A stretch of DNA of 64,000 nucleotides from a virus: the IMG/VR virus record IMGVR_UViG_3300027708_000019; one strand, 5' to 3'. A program made the position numbers and the translations under genes. The stretch's first letter is position 1; the number at the start of each line of letters is the position of its first letter. Of the stretch, positions 1 to 11,600 are shown one piece after another. The notes under the pieces are model-generated. The model saw only the letters and a list, made by a program, of their open reading frames with translations, was not told the origin of the DNA and searched no databases.

Positions 1-2745
1 ACTACTCATTGAGTAAATAATAAAATCACTAATACTAGCACTGGCAGTACATGCTTGACTCAACTCAATTGTTGAATTTGTTTGATTGTAGCCAGTAATA
101 TATGTGTTTTCTGGAATACCTGTTCCTGTTACATAACAGCCAACTGGTACCATGTTAGCAGAGTTACCAATACCGTTAACAGCGAAACCTTTTGTTGTTG
201 TTAATGTATTACTGCCGTTTACTGTTGCTACTGTACCACCAGATACGAAATAATCTGAACGATAACCAGCATAAGTAGCACCTGTCATACCTAAACCAGC
301 ACCACGTTGTGTAACAGTAAATGTATTTGTGCTATCATCTTTAGAAGTATAATAAACATACTCATAATAGTCAGCAGTTCCTGGACCACCAGATGTTAAT
401 GCTGTGTCAGTACTATCTTTTCCTGGATTTGCGATTAATAGAATACCACTATTTGGGAATCCAGAAGTATCAGTAACAGTTAATGTATTATTACCAGAAG
501 TAAAATTAGCAGCAAGTGATGTATATGGAACAAAAGTATTTACTTCGTAACGTGCTGGTAAGTTACCAGAACGCATATATGCTTCAGTATTAATGTTTGA
601 GTTTACAATTCTGTGACAGTAAATAATATTACCATTTTGGTCTTTAAAACCATATCGAATAGCACCAGCACCATACCAAGCATAGTCGGCATATAACATC
701 TGCATCTTGTTAAGATCTAATGTGAAACCAGATGGACCATATCCATCGCAGCGATCAATATTCCAAGTTGATTGTGGAATTCTTGTATCAATAATTTTAC
801 TAATAACACCAGCTGTTAATGTTGCGTTACCACGATACTCTGGCGATATGCGCAGTCTAGTATCATTGATGATTTCCATAACTCGATATGCCAAACCACG
901 AATATTAACCCAATCACCTGGATTTAATTGTTTTAAGAATTTAGTTTGTTTAGCAGTACCAAGAGATGTAACAGAGTTAATTACATCTGAACCATTGGTA
1001 GCAGTAATCAAACCAGACAACTGAGTTGTTGAGTTTCTTTTTACTGCATATAATTTTTGTCCATCGAATTCGTAAAAGAATCCATTTGATTGATCAAACA
1101 TACCGACACGAATAGCACCACCTCTCCAACCAACAATAGCAACTTGAGGGAAACCAGTAGCAGCAGTTGTTGATGGGGTTGTTGATGGTGTGTATGTAAA
1201 TTCAAATTCATTGTTTACGTCAACAACTGCAAATGATCCATTATAACCTGTTTCAGTTGCATTGAAAATAGTAATAGTATCTCCTGGTTGCAAGTTGTGT
1301 TGCTCTTTTGTAGTAGCAGTACACACACCAGTACCAGAAGAATATGTCAGCGCATCAAGTGTAAAGTTTGGACGTAAAACAGTACCAGTCGAGAATTGAA
1401 TACCTTTACCAGATTGGTATCGGAAATAACGACGAGTCTGTCTAATTGCTTGGTAATTGTGAGATTGAGTATTAACAGAGAAACGAACACCACCATCATA
1501 TGGACGATGGGCAAATGTAGATTCGTTACGAACGTAACAAACCATTGTACCAATATTACTAATTGTTGGCACTAATGAACCAGCTGGCATAATAACGCCA
1601 AATCTATTTGGTCCATAAATCGCAACAACTTGATATGATTGACGTCCTGGGTTTGTACCAGCAGCAACAGTTGCTTGACCAGTAATATAAACAAGATTAC
1701 CAACAGTCAAAGCATGAGTTCTTGCTGTTGTGAAAACAACAATGATATCGTTAGCAGCTGAACCAGCAGCAGTTGCTGAATACGCAGTTGCGGTTGATAA
1801 AGCAATAGAGGAGTTAGAATAAAATTGTCCCAAGAATGCTAATGTACCACCATTGTTGTAAACTGATCCAGTTACTCCAGAGAATTTAGCTGAGCCACGG
1901 AAAGTAATATCCCAACGTGTTGGACTAGATGCTGGTGCTGATGTTTCAACCAAGAAACCACCATTTGCGCCAGTAAACAATGAATCCTGAATTTGAACAG
2001 GAGTATCAACTGTAGGGAATTGTTGTGGCGCATATTTAAATGCGCTTGATGTTATAGCAATTGCAGCATTTGCTTGCAATGTTAATGAAGTATCTGTTTC
2101 AACAGAAGAAACAATACCAATAAAAGTATCACCTGATGAATACAGTGCATTACCAGCTTGAATTTGCGACAAGAATGCTGTACCTGCGCCAGTTACTGTT
2201 GTTGGATTTGCTGATGTTGAAGTAGTCATTGTACCAGTACCATTATTATAAGTACAGTTCAATGTAATTGTACGGCTACCATTCGTTGCTTGAATATCAT
2301 ATACACCAAGTTGTGATTGGAAGTCAACGAAAAACGATGGGCGTCCATTTAATGTTGATACGTTTTCCCATTTAGTTGGCTGAAGACCATATTCAAAGTC
2401 GGTATCAATTAATGACTGTGGTTGAGAAACACGCATCTTTTGGACTGGGTCCATATATGTTTCTGCTGGCACAATCTCTTGAATTGTATCATCGTACACA
2501 AACTGCAACGAGTCAGTAGAAGACATCGTTGTTGTGTTGTAGTTTAAAGTAATTGTCGTTACACCATTGACAACAGTATATCCAGTTGCAGTTAAGTTAG
2601 GATCACTGAAGTTATAGATAACTTTGTTTTGTGTTACGTTGGTAATAAGAACAAGGTTTTCTCTTTGAATCGACTTCGGGATAATAACTACACGTGATGA
2701 AGGATTAAAGGTATAATATTGTTCAATCAGGACTTTCTTTGCCAT
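1..2745 (-). CDS. Large virion structural/fibre-associated protein, paralog of 4346..7603 (3'-truncated by window edge, >915 aa)
   Basis: Not in the ORF track because it runs off the edge. ATG at 2745 after GGAG RBS and late promoter; reads MAKKVLIEQYYTFNPSSR...SQPQSLIDTDFEYGLQPTKWE...RQTRRYFRYQSGKG...MRSGNLPARYE, matching blocks of the 1085-aa ORF. Confidence 0.85.
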   Translation of the reverse strand, partial: MAKKVLIEQYYTFNPSSRVVIIPKSIQRENLVLITNVTQNKVIYNFSDPNLTATGYTVVNGVTTITLNYNTTTMSSTDSLQFVYDDTIQEIVPAETYMDPVQKMRVSQPQSLIDTDFEYGLQPTKWENVSTLNGRPSFFVDFQSQLGVYDIQATNGSRTITLNCTYNNGTGTMTTSTSANPTTVTGAGTAFLSQIQAGNALYSSGDTFIGIVSSVETDTSLTLQANAAIAITSSAFKYAPQQFPTVDTPVQIQDSLFTGANGGFLVETSAPASSPTRWDITFRGSAKFSGVTGSVYNNGGTLAFLGQFYSNSSIALSTATAYSATAAGSAANDIIVVFTTARTHALTVGNLVYITGQATVAAGTNPGRQSYQVVAIYGPNRFGVIMPAGSLVPTISNIGTMVCYVRNESTFAHRPYDGGVRFSVNTQSHNYQAIRQTRRYFRYQSGKGIQFSTGTVLRPNFTLDALTYSSGTGVCTATTKEQHNLQPGDTITIFNATETGYNGSFAVVDVNNEFEFTYTPSTTPSTTAATGFPQVAIVGWRGGAIRVGMFDQSNGFFYEFDGQKLYAVKRNSTTQLSGLITATNGSDVINSVTSLGTAKQTKFLKQLNPGDWVNIRGLAYRVMEIINDTRLRISPEYRGNATLTAGVISKIIDTRIPQSTWNIDRCDGYGPSGFTLDLNKMQMLYADYAWYGAGAIRYGFKDQNGNIIYCHRIVNSNINTEAYMRSGNLPARYEVNTFVPYTSLAANFTSGNNTLTVTDTSGFPNSGILLIANPGKDSTDTALTSGGPGTADYYEYVYYTSKDDSTNTFTVTQRGAGLGMTGATYAGYRSDYFVSGGTVATVNGSNTLTTTKGFAVNGIGNSANMVPVGCYVTGTGIPENTYITGYNQTNSTIELSQACTASASISDFIIYSMSS

Positions 2746-2775
2746 TTGGGATGCTCCGTAAGGTATTCTTTATGT

Positions 2776-2783
2776 TATTTATA
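2776..2783 (-). promoter_or_regulatory. T4-type late promoter TATAAATA
   Basis: Exact TATAAATA on the minus strand ~30 nt upstream of the ATG at 2745. Confidence 0.75.
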
Positions 2784-3195
2784 TAATCCAGCGAACCTCT
2801 GGTTTAACTGGGAATGTTGGATTAACCTGAGGTCTAAGAAATAACTTTCTAACAGTATCTCTGTAATTTAACCAGTCCAAAGGATTTTCAATACATGATT
2901 GAACATCTGTTGTTGCTGCCCAATCAGATTCAGATAATAGTTTTCTTGCTTCATCTTTGCATTTTTGTTTTGCAAGTGATATTTTAATGTCATCTATGAT
3001 TACTTCAATTTGTTCCCAGTTAAATGGTTGTGGTTGTGACCAATCAGGAATATTCCAATCGTCAACACCATTATGGAAACGAACATTTTCCATAAATTGT
3101 TCTTCATTGGTAACAATATTATTGAAATAAAATGGCACACCAACTTGTTCAGCAAGCTGTAAACATGCAGTAAAAACTTCCTCATTAGTATACAT
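2779..3195 (-). CDS. Tail fibre assembly chaperone-like protein (138 aa)
   Basis: Start moved to ATG 3195 (TAATG overlap with upstream stop); C-terminal LLSESDW...WLNYRDTVRKL...FPVKP resembles phage tail-assembly chaperone C-termini; follows a fibre-like gene. Confidence 0.6.
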   Translation of the reverse strand: MYTNEEVFTACLQLAEQVGVPFYFNNIVTNEEQFMENVRFHNGVDDWNIPDWSQPQPFNWEQIEVIIDDIKISLAKQKCKDEARKLLSESDWAATTDVQSCIENPLDWLNYRDTVRKLFLRPQVNPTFPVKPEVRWII

Positions 3196-4340
3196 TATTG
3201 TATAATCTCCATAACAGTAAGGGTTGACGGAACCTGACATGTGTATGAACCCTGTCCATTACTTGTTCCTGTCCATGATGTACCAACCACACAAGATTTA
3301 GTTGACCAAGCATCAGCATGAACTGCACGAATTCTTAAATCTAAACTTGTTCCTGGATTAACATTATGATCATAGTATATCTGAGCAGTTCTATTTAAAT
3401 GCATATTTGAGTTCATAGCATAAAAATATCCACCAAAATGCGCAGCTTGTTGACGATCAGATTGTGCAGGATAAACATCATAGTAAAATAAATTACCACC
3501 AGCACCAGAAAGGTTTAAACCAGTTTGTATTGGAGATGTTCCAAGTGTAAAATGACCACGAACTGAAAAATCTTGTGGATATGAACCAGATGCGCTAGTA
3601 GTAAACTGACCAGTCAATATTAATCTAGAAGTTTTATACTTCGGAGTAAATGACATAGTAACAACATCAACTGGTGTAGAAGATGAAGTACCAAAAGTAA
3701 TGATACTTGAGTTTACTGCTGTTTTAGTTTGAACAACTGTACCAGATTGACCAGTTTGCGCATTGTTATTTAATGCATACTGTAATGGTGCTAGATCTGA
3801 ATTTTGAACTTGTGGGGGATTAATCTGTGTTCCGTACCATGTTAATCCACCATCAAATGTGGTAAACTGAAACACATCCAGTTTAAATGGTAGATTCTGA
3901 AGAACTGGATATCTTGAATCAAGTGTACCATAGTTTGTTAGTAAACCAAGGGTATTACCTAGTGGTCCGCTGTTTGGCCAAGTAAGATAAGATGGCCATG
4001 CGCCAATTACTCTATTGCCTAAGATATCTTGTTGTAGATAAACAGTTACTGTAAATGCACCTGCGCTTTTATCAGGCACATTAGTAAACGTGATAGTTGG
4101 GAAGTTAGAAGAGAGGGTAATATTATGCTGAGGATAATTGCAATCAATAACCAAAGTTTCATTTGTTCCATGAACCTTCGTTACATATGAAGTGGTGATT
4201 CTATTCGTAAAAATAGAACCACCAACTTTTAGATCACCTTTTACTCCAACATTAGTACCAAGGGAGACGTTATCTCCCTCAGCAACTATTTGGTTACCAA
4301 CCTTTAAACCATTTTGAGGTAAAGTAAGTTGAGTAGTCAT
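3195..4340 (-). CDS. Tail fibre / receptor-binding-like virion protein (381 aa)
   Basis: beta-rich; LQQD..GNR..WP...FTTFDGGLTWYG domain, a VVQ..S..LTVMEI C-terminal domain typical of phage fibre tips, and a downstream chaperone. Confidence 0.55.
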   Translation of the reverse strand: MTTQLTLPQNGLKVGNQIVAEGDNVSLGTNVGVKGDLKVGGSIFTNRITTSYVTKVHGTNETLVIDCNYPQHNITLSSNFPTITFTNVPDKSAGAFTVTVYLQQDILGNRVIGAWPSYLTWPNSGPLGNTLGLLTNYGTLDSRYPVLQNLPFKLDVFQFTTFDGGLTWYGTQINPPQVQNSDLAPLQYALNNNAQTGQSGTVVQTKTAVNSSIITFGTSSSTPVDVVTMSFTPKYKTSRLILTGQFTTSASGSYPQDFSVRGHFTLGTSPIQTGLNLSGAGGNLFYYDVYPAQSDRQQAAHFGGYFYAMNSNMHLNRTAQIYYDHNVNPGTSLDLRIRAVHADAWSTKSCVVGTSWTGTSNGQGSYTCQVPSTLTVMEIIQ

Positions 4341-4345
4341 TCATA

Positions 4346-7300
4346 TTACGCTTGGGCTTCAGTCCATGATAGACGACTGTAGATGTTAGAAGCAGTCGAA
4401 GTCATTTGTGTAGCCATAATTGTAACTACGTCAGGTCCATTTGGATAGTACATCTGGCAAGATGTACCATGGTTACCGTTCTTAGATTGTGTATCAGCAG
4501 AACCACCACCAAGAACAGAGTTACCTAAGTCACGAACTACGTTCAAGTCGATACCTGTTGTTGTGTAACTTGTTGAACCAATAGTACTTGGAGGGTTCAA
4601 GTAGAAACCACCAATTGTTTCACCACCTAACATTGTGTTAGCAGCACTGTAGATAAAGTATTGAGCCAACGAAGCACCAGTTTGGTTTAGCCAAGTGTAG
4701 TTGTTTTGTGGATAACCATTCAACACAACTTCAATCAACATAGAACCATTTGAGTAAACATCAAGACCACGAAGAACTAACTGCATACGGTTAATCAAAT
4801 CACGTAGACCTTGAGCTGAACCACCTTGTCCGTTGTTAATCATTGGAGCAACACGGATACCCATAATTGCGTTTCTTGTGTATTGAGTACCACTAATACC
4901 GAAAGCAGCAGTAGAACCACGTGTAAACACGAATGATTTATCGTCATCGAAACGACCATCCATAATCACAGAAGTACCCCAGTGTTGGATAGTACTTGCT
5001 GATTGTGGAGCATGTAGAGATATTTGAATCGGACGACTAGCACTATATGTATGTGTCACTGGAGGAGTTTGAGCCATCGCAGAGAAATATACAGTTGAAG
5101 CTGAGATGCTGTTAGTAATAGCACGTGACAATGTAATTGTTGTACCACTAATATCAGTTACAAAAGTGCTATGTGGAATTTGGCCAATAGTACCAGTATA
5201 AACCATCATACCTTTCTGTATGTTAGAAGCAGAAGAAACTGTTATTTGAGTAGCACCCTGTGTAGCAGTAACTGTTTGTGAAGAACCAGACTGTCCACGA
5301 GTACAACCAGTAAAGGAAGTAGTAGTAGTACCAGTATAGTTAAAGTATTCAAACACACCAGAAGAAGAACCAGTTGTACCGTGAATTAATGCAGTACCAA
5401 CTGATGGGAATCCTGTTGTACTTGATACGTTAATTGTAGTATCAGCTTGGTTAACAGTAGAAGTGATTTGAGTATACACAGGAGTAGTGTTAGACTCATA
5501 ACGAGCTGGTAAGTTACCAGAACGCATCCATGCTTCTTGGTTTTGGTTGTTGTTAATAACTTTATGGCAGTAAATTACGTTACCGTCTTGAGTACGAACA
5601 CCCCAACGAATGAAACCAGCACCATACCAGCTGAAGTCCATATAGAACATCTGCATCTTGGCTGGATCCATAATATAACCTGATGGACCTGTACCGTCTA
5701 AACGATCTAAGTTCCACTGAGATTGTGGGATTCTTGTGTCAACACGTTTGCTAATAACAGCACGAGTTACGTTTGACTCACCACGGAACTGAGGAGCAAT
5801 GTGGAATTCAGTATCAGAAACAATTTCCATTACTTTATAAGTTGCGCCACGAATTACAACAAAGTCACCAACAACTAATTGCTTAGAGAACAGAGTATTG
5901 ATTGAACCAGCACCAGTTGGGTTAGTAATTGCTGTTGAAGAAACGACATAATCGTTTGCGTTAATTGCACCATAACCAGCTAATTGTGTTGTAGAAGAAC
6001 GGCGAACAATCCATTGAGTTTGACCATCATGTTCAAAGAAAATACCGTTTTGATCATCGTACAAACCGCAACGATTAACGTGACCATACCATCCGTCAAC
6101 AGTTAATGATGGAGTACCAGAAGCTGGTGAGTTCATACCAGTTGTTGTAGCGGTATATGTGAAGCGATAGTTATCAATAACTGAGGTAACTGTAAAATTG
6201 CTAACTGCGCCAGTTGCGATATTGATTGTTGAGTTGTAACCAGATTCGTTACATCCAAGAACTCTAACAGTTGCGCCTGGAAGAATACCGTGTGGATATT
6301 TTGTAGAAACAGTTACTGTAGAACCAGAAGCAGTAATTTGTTCAACATATAACTGTGACTTCAATGAAGTACCAGTAGAGATCTGAACACCTTTACCTGA
6401 TTGGTAACGGAAGTAACGACGAGTTTGGCGTACTAACTGTTGATTGTGGAAAGCATTGTTTGTTGAGAAGTGAACACCACCATCAAACGCACGATGCTTA
6501 GAAGTACCTGTAGGTATTACCATCAAATTATCAGCACTGAATGTACCAGCTGTACCAGTTGCTGAATCAGTATAGTAAGTAAAGATATATGGGGATGTAA
6601 CACCAGTAACACAATGAGTACCATATGTTGATGTTGCAACACCAGCTACTGTTGTACTAGAGTTTTGATCGTTACGAACAGCAACCCAGTTACCGATTTC
6701 TAAGTTATGTGGCTTAGAACATGTAATTGTAACAACTTGACCAGAAACAGAAGCAGTAATTGTACCACCAAAACCACCATTGCTGAATAATGGTGCATCA
6801 TAAATTAGAGTTGGATAATCAGCATCTAATAGAGATGTTGATGGAGAAGCACCAGTTGTCCATGCTTCACGAGCACGGTAAGTAATTGTGTTACTTGACA
6901 ACGCTTCAATAATGAAGAAACCATCAGCTGGACCCCATGTTGTATCTGTAACATAGATAAATTGACCGATTGCGAAACCAGTTGCAGAAGCAAGAGCTAC
7001 TTGAATAAAGCGAGAGTTGTTTGTCGCTGTAATTGAAGAGATTGTTGTTTGCGTACCTTGGTTACGACCCAATAATGGAAGACCAAGATAAACATATGGA
7101 CCCATTTTATTATTGATTGTAGATAGTTGTTCCCACTTTGTAGGTTGGAGACCATATTCAAAGTCAGTATCGACTAGAGCCTGTGGTTGGCTGATACGTA
7201 ATTTGCCTACTGGGTCAAGCTGAGTTTCAGCAGGACGAGTAGCAATTTCATATTCATCAACAATAATTTGCAACTTATCTGTGTTGCTCATTGATGTTGT

Positions 7301-7603
7301 GTTATAGTTTAATGTAATTTCAGTCCAAGTGTCATTGTTCGAACCAGCAAGACCCAAACTTGTGTTTGTTACGTAGCTGTTTGCATTAATGATAGTACCG
7401 CCTGCGCCTTGCGATGCGTTACCGACGAAATTAGCAAAACCAGTTGCTTTTAAATTAGGATCACTGAAGTTGTAGATAACAGTGTTTGTTGTTACGTTCG
7501 TAATAAGCAGCAATTGTTCTCTTTTAAGAGGACGACGAATCGTGATCTTACGAGTTGATGCATTAAACGAGTAGTATTGGTCAGGTAGGACATTTCTTGC
7601 CAT
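4346..7603 (-). CDS. Large virion structural/fibre-associated protein (1085 aa)
   Basis: Thr/Ser/Gly-rich beta protein in late module; conserved blocks shared with the ORF at 1..2745. Confidence 0.75.
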   Translation of the reverse strand: MARNVLPDQYYSFNASTRKITIRRPLKREQLLLITNVTTNTVIYNFSDPNLKATGFANFVGNASQGAGGTIINANSYVTNTSLGLAGSNNDTWTEITLNYNTTSMSNTDKLQIIVDEYEIATRPAETQLDPVGKLRISQPQALVDTDFEYGLQPTKWEQLSTINNKMGPYVYLGLPLLGRNQGTQTTISSITATNNSRFIQVALASATGFAIGQFIYVTDTTWGPADGFFIIEALSSNTITYRAREAWTTGASPSTSLLDADYPTLIYDAPLFSNGGFGGTITASVSGQVVTITCSKPHNLEIGNWVAVRNDQNSSTTVAGVATSTYGTHCVTGVTSPYIFTYYTDSATGTAGTFSADNLMVIPTGTSKHRAFDGGVHFSTNNAFHNQQLVRQTRRYFRYQSGKGVQISTGTSLKSQLYVEQITASGSTVTVSTKYPHGILPGATVRVLGCNESGYNSTINIATGAVSNFTVTSVIDNYRFTYTATTTGMNSPASGTPSLTVDGWYGHVNRCGLYDDQNGIFFEHDGQTQWIVRRSSTTQLAGYGAINANDYVVSSTAITNPTGAGSINTLFSKQLVVGDFVVIRGATYKVMEIVSDTEFHIAPQFRGESNVTRAVISKRVDTRIPQSQWNLDRLDGTGPSGYIMDPAKMQMFYMDFSWYGAGFIRWGVRTQDGNVIYCHKVINNNQNQEAWMRSGNLPARYESNTTPVYTQITSTVNQADTTINVSSTTGFPSVGTALIHGTTGSSSGVFEYFNYTGTTTTSFTGCTRGQSGSSQTVTATQGATQITVSSASNIQKGMMVYTGTIGQIPHSTFVTDISGTTITLSRAITNSISASTVYFSAMAQTPPVTHTYSASRPIQISLHAPQSASTIQHWGTSVIMDGRFDDDKSFVFTRGSTAAFGISGTQYTRNAIMGIRVAPMINNGQGGSAQGLRDLINRMQLVLRGLDVYSNGSMLIEVVLNGYPQNNYTWLNQTGASLAQYFIYSAANTMLGGETIGGFYLNPPSTIGSTSYTTTGIDLNVVRDLGNSVLGGGSADTQSKNGNHGTSCQMYYPNGPDVVTIMATQMTSTASNIYSRLSWTEAQA

Positions 7604-7640
7604 TTTAATTGTCTCCGTTAATTATTGGTCCAAGTTCTTT

Positions 7641-7648
7641 TATTTAGT
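7641..7648 (-). promoter_or_regulatory. Late promoter variant ACTAAATA
   Basis: TAAATA core upstream of the 7603 start. Confidence 0.5.
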
Positions 7649-7651
7649 CAT

Positions 7652-8119
7652 TTATGAAAGCACCACAGGAACTGCTCTAAAAACATTCCTAGTGACTGTA
7701 TCGGTTGTATTGATATATGTACCGAGTAATCTTCCGTAAAATCTTTGCGTTGTCAATGGTGCATCGGCAAATGTAATTACATTACTGGACACTGTGTAAT
7801 TTCCACTTGGTACAACATCCATCTCTTGTGGAAATATGTATTGTTCATATGTGTTTATAACATATGGTGTTAAAATCATATTACCCAAGGTGATCAATAA
7901 TGCATGAGGACTATCAACTGTTACTGCACTAAAATTTGAAGTCAAGTTGAATGTCTTTGTTGTATTATCAAACGAATTCGTTAAGTCATCTAAAACTGTA
8001 ACAGTAGCTGCGTTTCTAAGATTGATCAAATTCTGATCGATCTCCGCATTCGTCAGGGGTGCACTTTTAGTAGTGTCCCCTGAGTTACTCAGCGTACGTA
8101 ATGTTAGTGCACTAGCCAC
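7652..8119 (-). CDS. Virion structural protein (155 aa)
   Basis: GTG start with GGAG RBS; N-terminal K.APLTNAEID.N motif of phage fibre attachment segments; Ig-like C-terminus. Confidence 0.55.
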   Translation of the reverse strand: MASALTLRTLSNSGDTTKSAPLTNAEIDQNLINLRNAATVTVLDDLTNSFDNTTKTFNLTSNFSAVTVDSPHALLITLGNMILTPYVINTYEQYIFPQEMDVVPSGNYTVSSNVITFADAPLTTQRFYGRLLGTYINTTDTVTRNVFRAVPVVLS

Positions 8120-8133
8120 ATCAACTCCCTATA

Positions 8134-8601
8134 TTAAGGTGCGTTGATTGTGATAGTCCAAGTAATTGCTAATGTGTCAGCTGGGTCTTTGTTAACAACT
8201 GAGAAAGTTGTACGGCAAAGCATTGTGCCACCAGATGAAGCATTGAAAATACCAGCTTCGTAAATACCAGTTGAACTCGCTGGGTTATTTGGTAGGAATG
8301 TGCCAACATAAGTAACCACGTTAGATGCACTGCTTGCTGCTGGAGAAAACACAACACGAGTTCCAACTTCTGAGCCAAGTGCTGTATCACCAGCTGCTGC
8401 AGCAGTAGAACCAGTACCAATAGCCATGTGAGTCATAGCAGCTGGACTGTTTGATGTTGTTTTCAACATAGAAGCAGCAATAAAGTTTTTACCTGTATCA
8501 ACTACCAAGTTATTAACATTTTGCTCTTGTTTAACTGTACCGTCTGGGGCAACAACTTGAATTTTCAAGCGTCCAACAGCACTCATATCTTCGTAAATCA
8601 T
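8134..8601 (-). CDS. Tail/collar fibre-type structural protein (155 aa)
   Basis: NLVVDTG...MAIGTGSTAAAAGDTAL..E...EAGIFNA..GGTMLCRT.F motif typical of phage tail-fibre N-terminal/baseplate-attachment domains; AAGGAG RBS. Confidence 0.6.
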   Translation of the reverse strand: MIYEDMSAVGRLKIQVVAPDGTVKQEQNVNNLVVDTGKNFIAASMLKTTSNSPAAMTHMAIGTGSTAAAAGDTALGSEVGTRVVFSPAASSASNVVTYVGTFLPNNPASSTGIYEAGIFNASSGGTMLCRTTFSVVNKDPADTLAITWTITINAP

Positions 8602-8649
8602 TCTTTTTTTCTCCTTAGATCTAGAGTAGGAATCAAAATTCTACTGGTT

Positions 8650-8657
8650 TATTTATA
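8650..8657 (-). promoter_or_regulatory. T4-type late promoter TATAAATA
   Basis: Exact motif upstream of the 8601 start. Confidence 0.75.
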
Positions 8658-8661
8658 ATCT

Positions 8662-11600
8662 TCAAAATGTTGAGGTTGTTACACCATCCGCTGTGTAATC
8701 CTCGAGGAAATATGGCGAAGTATCTATAACATACGCACCACTATTAAAATTTCTCACAGAGCCAGAATCATTTGACTTTGGATTCTCTGTTATACCTTTA
8801 TTTAGTCGTTTTGTTGCAGTATCTACAGGATTCAACAATTCAGTTGTATATGGATCATAATATTGAGCAATATCATATCCTGGATTAAATTCATTAAAAT
8901 CGCTCCAAATTCTGGTGCTATACGATCCAGGTTTACGATTCCACTGTCTTGATGTTGAATCAGAATATGATGCATTGTCGAATTTTATAGTCTTCATATA
9001 ACCATATGTCAACAATGTTTCATCGTATGATAAAATCTCATATGTATCCAACCAGAAAGTTGATGTAGAGTTACCAACTTGGGCAATACTTAAACTCTTT
9101 CCGATTGTTTGTGATGCCAATAATGTATGAGGGAATCCTTTAGTTGGTAAGAATTGGATTGTTTCTCCAAGTAAAATTGCTTCAGATTTCTTAGGCTGAA
9201 TTTTCTTAGTTATAGTCTCAACTGGGAAAATAATCTCATAACTACTTGCTGGTAAAATCTGAACCAAATCTTGTTCAATAGTTATCTCATTAAAGTCTGA
9301 CCAAATTGATTGTGGTTTACCAGCTGCTTTGCCATACTGTTTAGATGCCAATTCAGCAAGAGCCAGTGATTCAGATTTTGTGCCTTTACTTAATAATTTC
9401 TGAACCAACTCAACACTCTTAACAATTTCAGGTGATGTTCTCTTAAATGACGCAACTCTTGTTAACACATCAACTGCTTGGATAATTTCAGTTTTATATG
9501 GTGTGGTAAACAAGTCTGAGAATTCAGAATAGATAAAATCGTCTAGATATTTGTTAAAGATTGGCAGAGCAAATGCGCTGTTATCTGAACCGATAGATCC
9601 GAATACTTGTACTGTTTCATCAAAGTTTGTAAGTTCAAGACCTGTGTCAAGCCATCTATTTACTGGATCAAAACCAGCCTGTTTGCTGAAGTTGAATCCC
9701 TTAGCATCGTTTACTGTTGACTTGTCAATTTTGTAGCTTGGATATTGACTTTGTAAACTTTCATCTATTAAAGAAAAGAACGCAATGTATTCTGGATTGT
9801 AAATTAAATGGTCATTAACAGTTGTATTACCAACAGTTGGTTTTGTAATTAGTTTCGGGAATGTCTCAGGAGTAGTAATTATATCTGTTCTTGGTTTTCC
9901 GAACGATTTGGTACTTGTTTCTGTCCAAGAAATAATTTCTGTAACATAGTCTTGTGGATATACCTGGACCAAGTCTTGAATAAAATATACTTCTTCATCA
10001 AATGTATTCCAAATATTCTGAACAATACCAGCTTTCTTGTTAAACTGATTTGTTCGTACATCAACCGATCTGTTAATATCAGTTGTAGAATCCGTACCAC
10101 GATAATAGTATTGAGCAAGTTCGGTTGCTAATTCCAATTCAACAAAATCTTGCCATGTACTGTATACTGATTTAACATTACCAGCTGCTTTAGTAATAAA
10201 GAATGGGTGAATAAGATCAGCTGACTTAGCAATATCAGAATTTGTTCTCAACAACGTAAAGAATACGCTACCATTTTTAGACAATAACAATGAATCAGCA
10301 ACATGGATTGTTTCAGCAAATGTTCTTGTTGAGTTAAACACTCTTGAAAAGATATCACTAGATAACGCAGAGTCAGAGCCATACTGAGATGGAGTAAACA
10401 AATCTTCGCTAACTGTAAAACTTTCAAAATAATCTAAAAACTTAACATCTGGAAATACTTGGTTTCCTATATCACTAATACCACCGAATGTAACAACTGT
10501 ATCATCAAACGATGTTAACTCCATTCCTGTGTCAACATACTTACGTATTGGACCTGTGCCAAGAATTACTTTAGATATGAATGCACCTTTACTATCACTG
10601 ACTGTTGACTTGTCAATTTTGTAATTTGGATACTGTCCCTGTAAACTTTCATCAATTAATGACAAGTAAGGAATATACTCAGGATTATATGTTAGGTGAT
10701 CATTAAGAGTTGTATTACCAACACCACTCTTAGTAATTGTTTTAGGGAATGTCTCAGCAGCATTGAGTGTTTCAGCAAATGGTTTCGCTAAACTTATTTC
10801 AGTTTTATGTGTAAGTGTAGCGTAGTCTGTAGTTGTTGTGAATCCAAAACCTGTTTGAACCAAATCTTGATCAACTGTTGCTGCGAATGTTAAATCGTTA
10901 TAATCTGTCCAAACATAATTGAGGTTTACAACTTTCTTACTAAAAGTTTTAGGTAATGTTTCACCAAGTTGAATTAACTCATAACGACCTTCATATGATA
11001 ATTCAATGTCTGACAGAACAGCAAGAGATGTTTCATCATAAGATCTCCAACTTCTATTAGCGTATGCGCCAGCAGAAACATTATACTTTTTTGCGAATGT
11101 TTGTGTTACACCAGCAGTATCTTCTTTTGGTTTTGATAGACTCTTAGGAATTATATCAGCAAGACTTACTGCATCGCGATTACGTTTTGTAAATCCAACA
11201 GTTGCTATTGAAGTAGTACCAATAACAGAAATCGTTTCTGGTGTTGATTTTGTCAAGTTTAATGACAAGTCTTGGTCTAAACCATTACCACTTCCGAATG
11301 ATAGATCAGCGAAGTCAGTCCACCAGCCTTGCGCATAATAGTATTGTGTCGCATTCTTAGAAACTGTTTTACCAACAGCATCACTATATTTTGCTGTATC
11401 GCCTGATGCTGTTGGGTTTAATGTAAATAATAAATCTTGACCAACAACATTTCGTTTGGTTTCATAACTCTTTGGTCCAACATCAACAGTTACTGATGAT
11501 GGATATGTATATGTTCTAGCATCATACTGTACCAAATCTTGGTCAGCTGTTGTGCCAAAAGTTAATTGGGCATGGTCAGTAAAATATGCACTTTGTGTAT

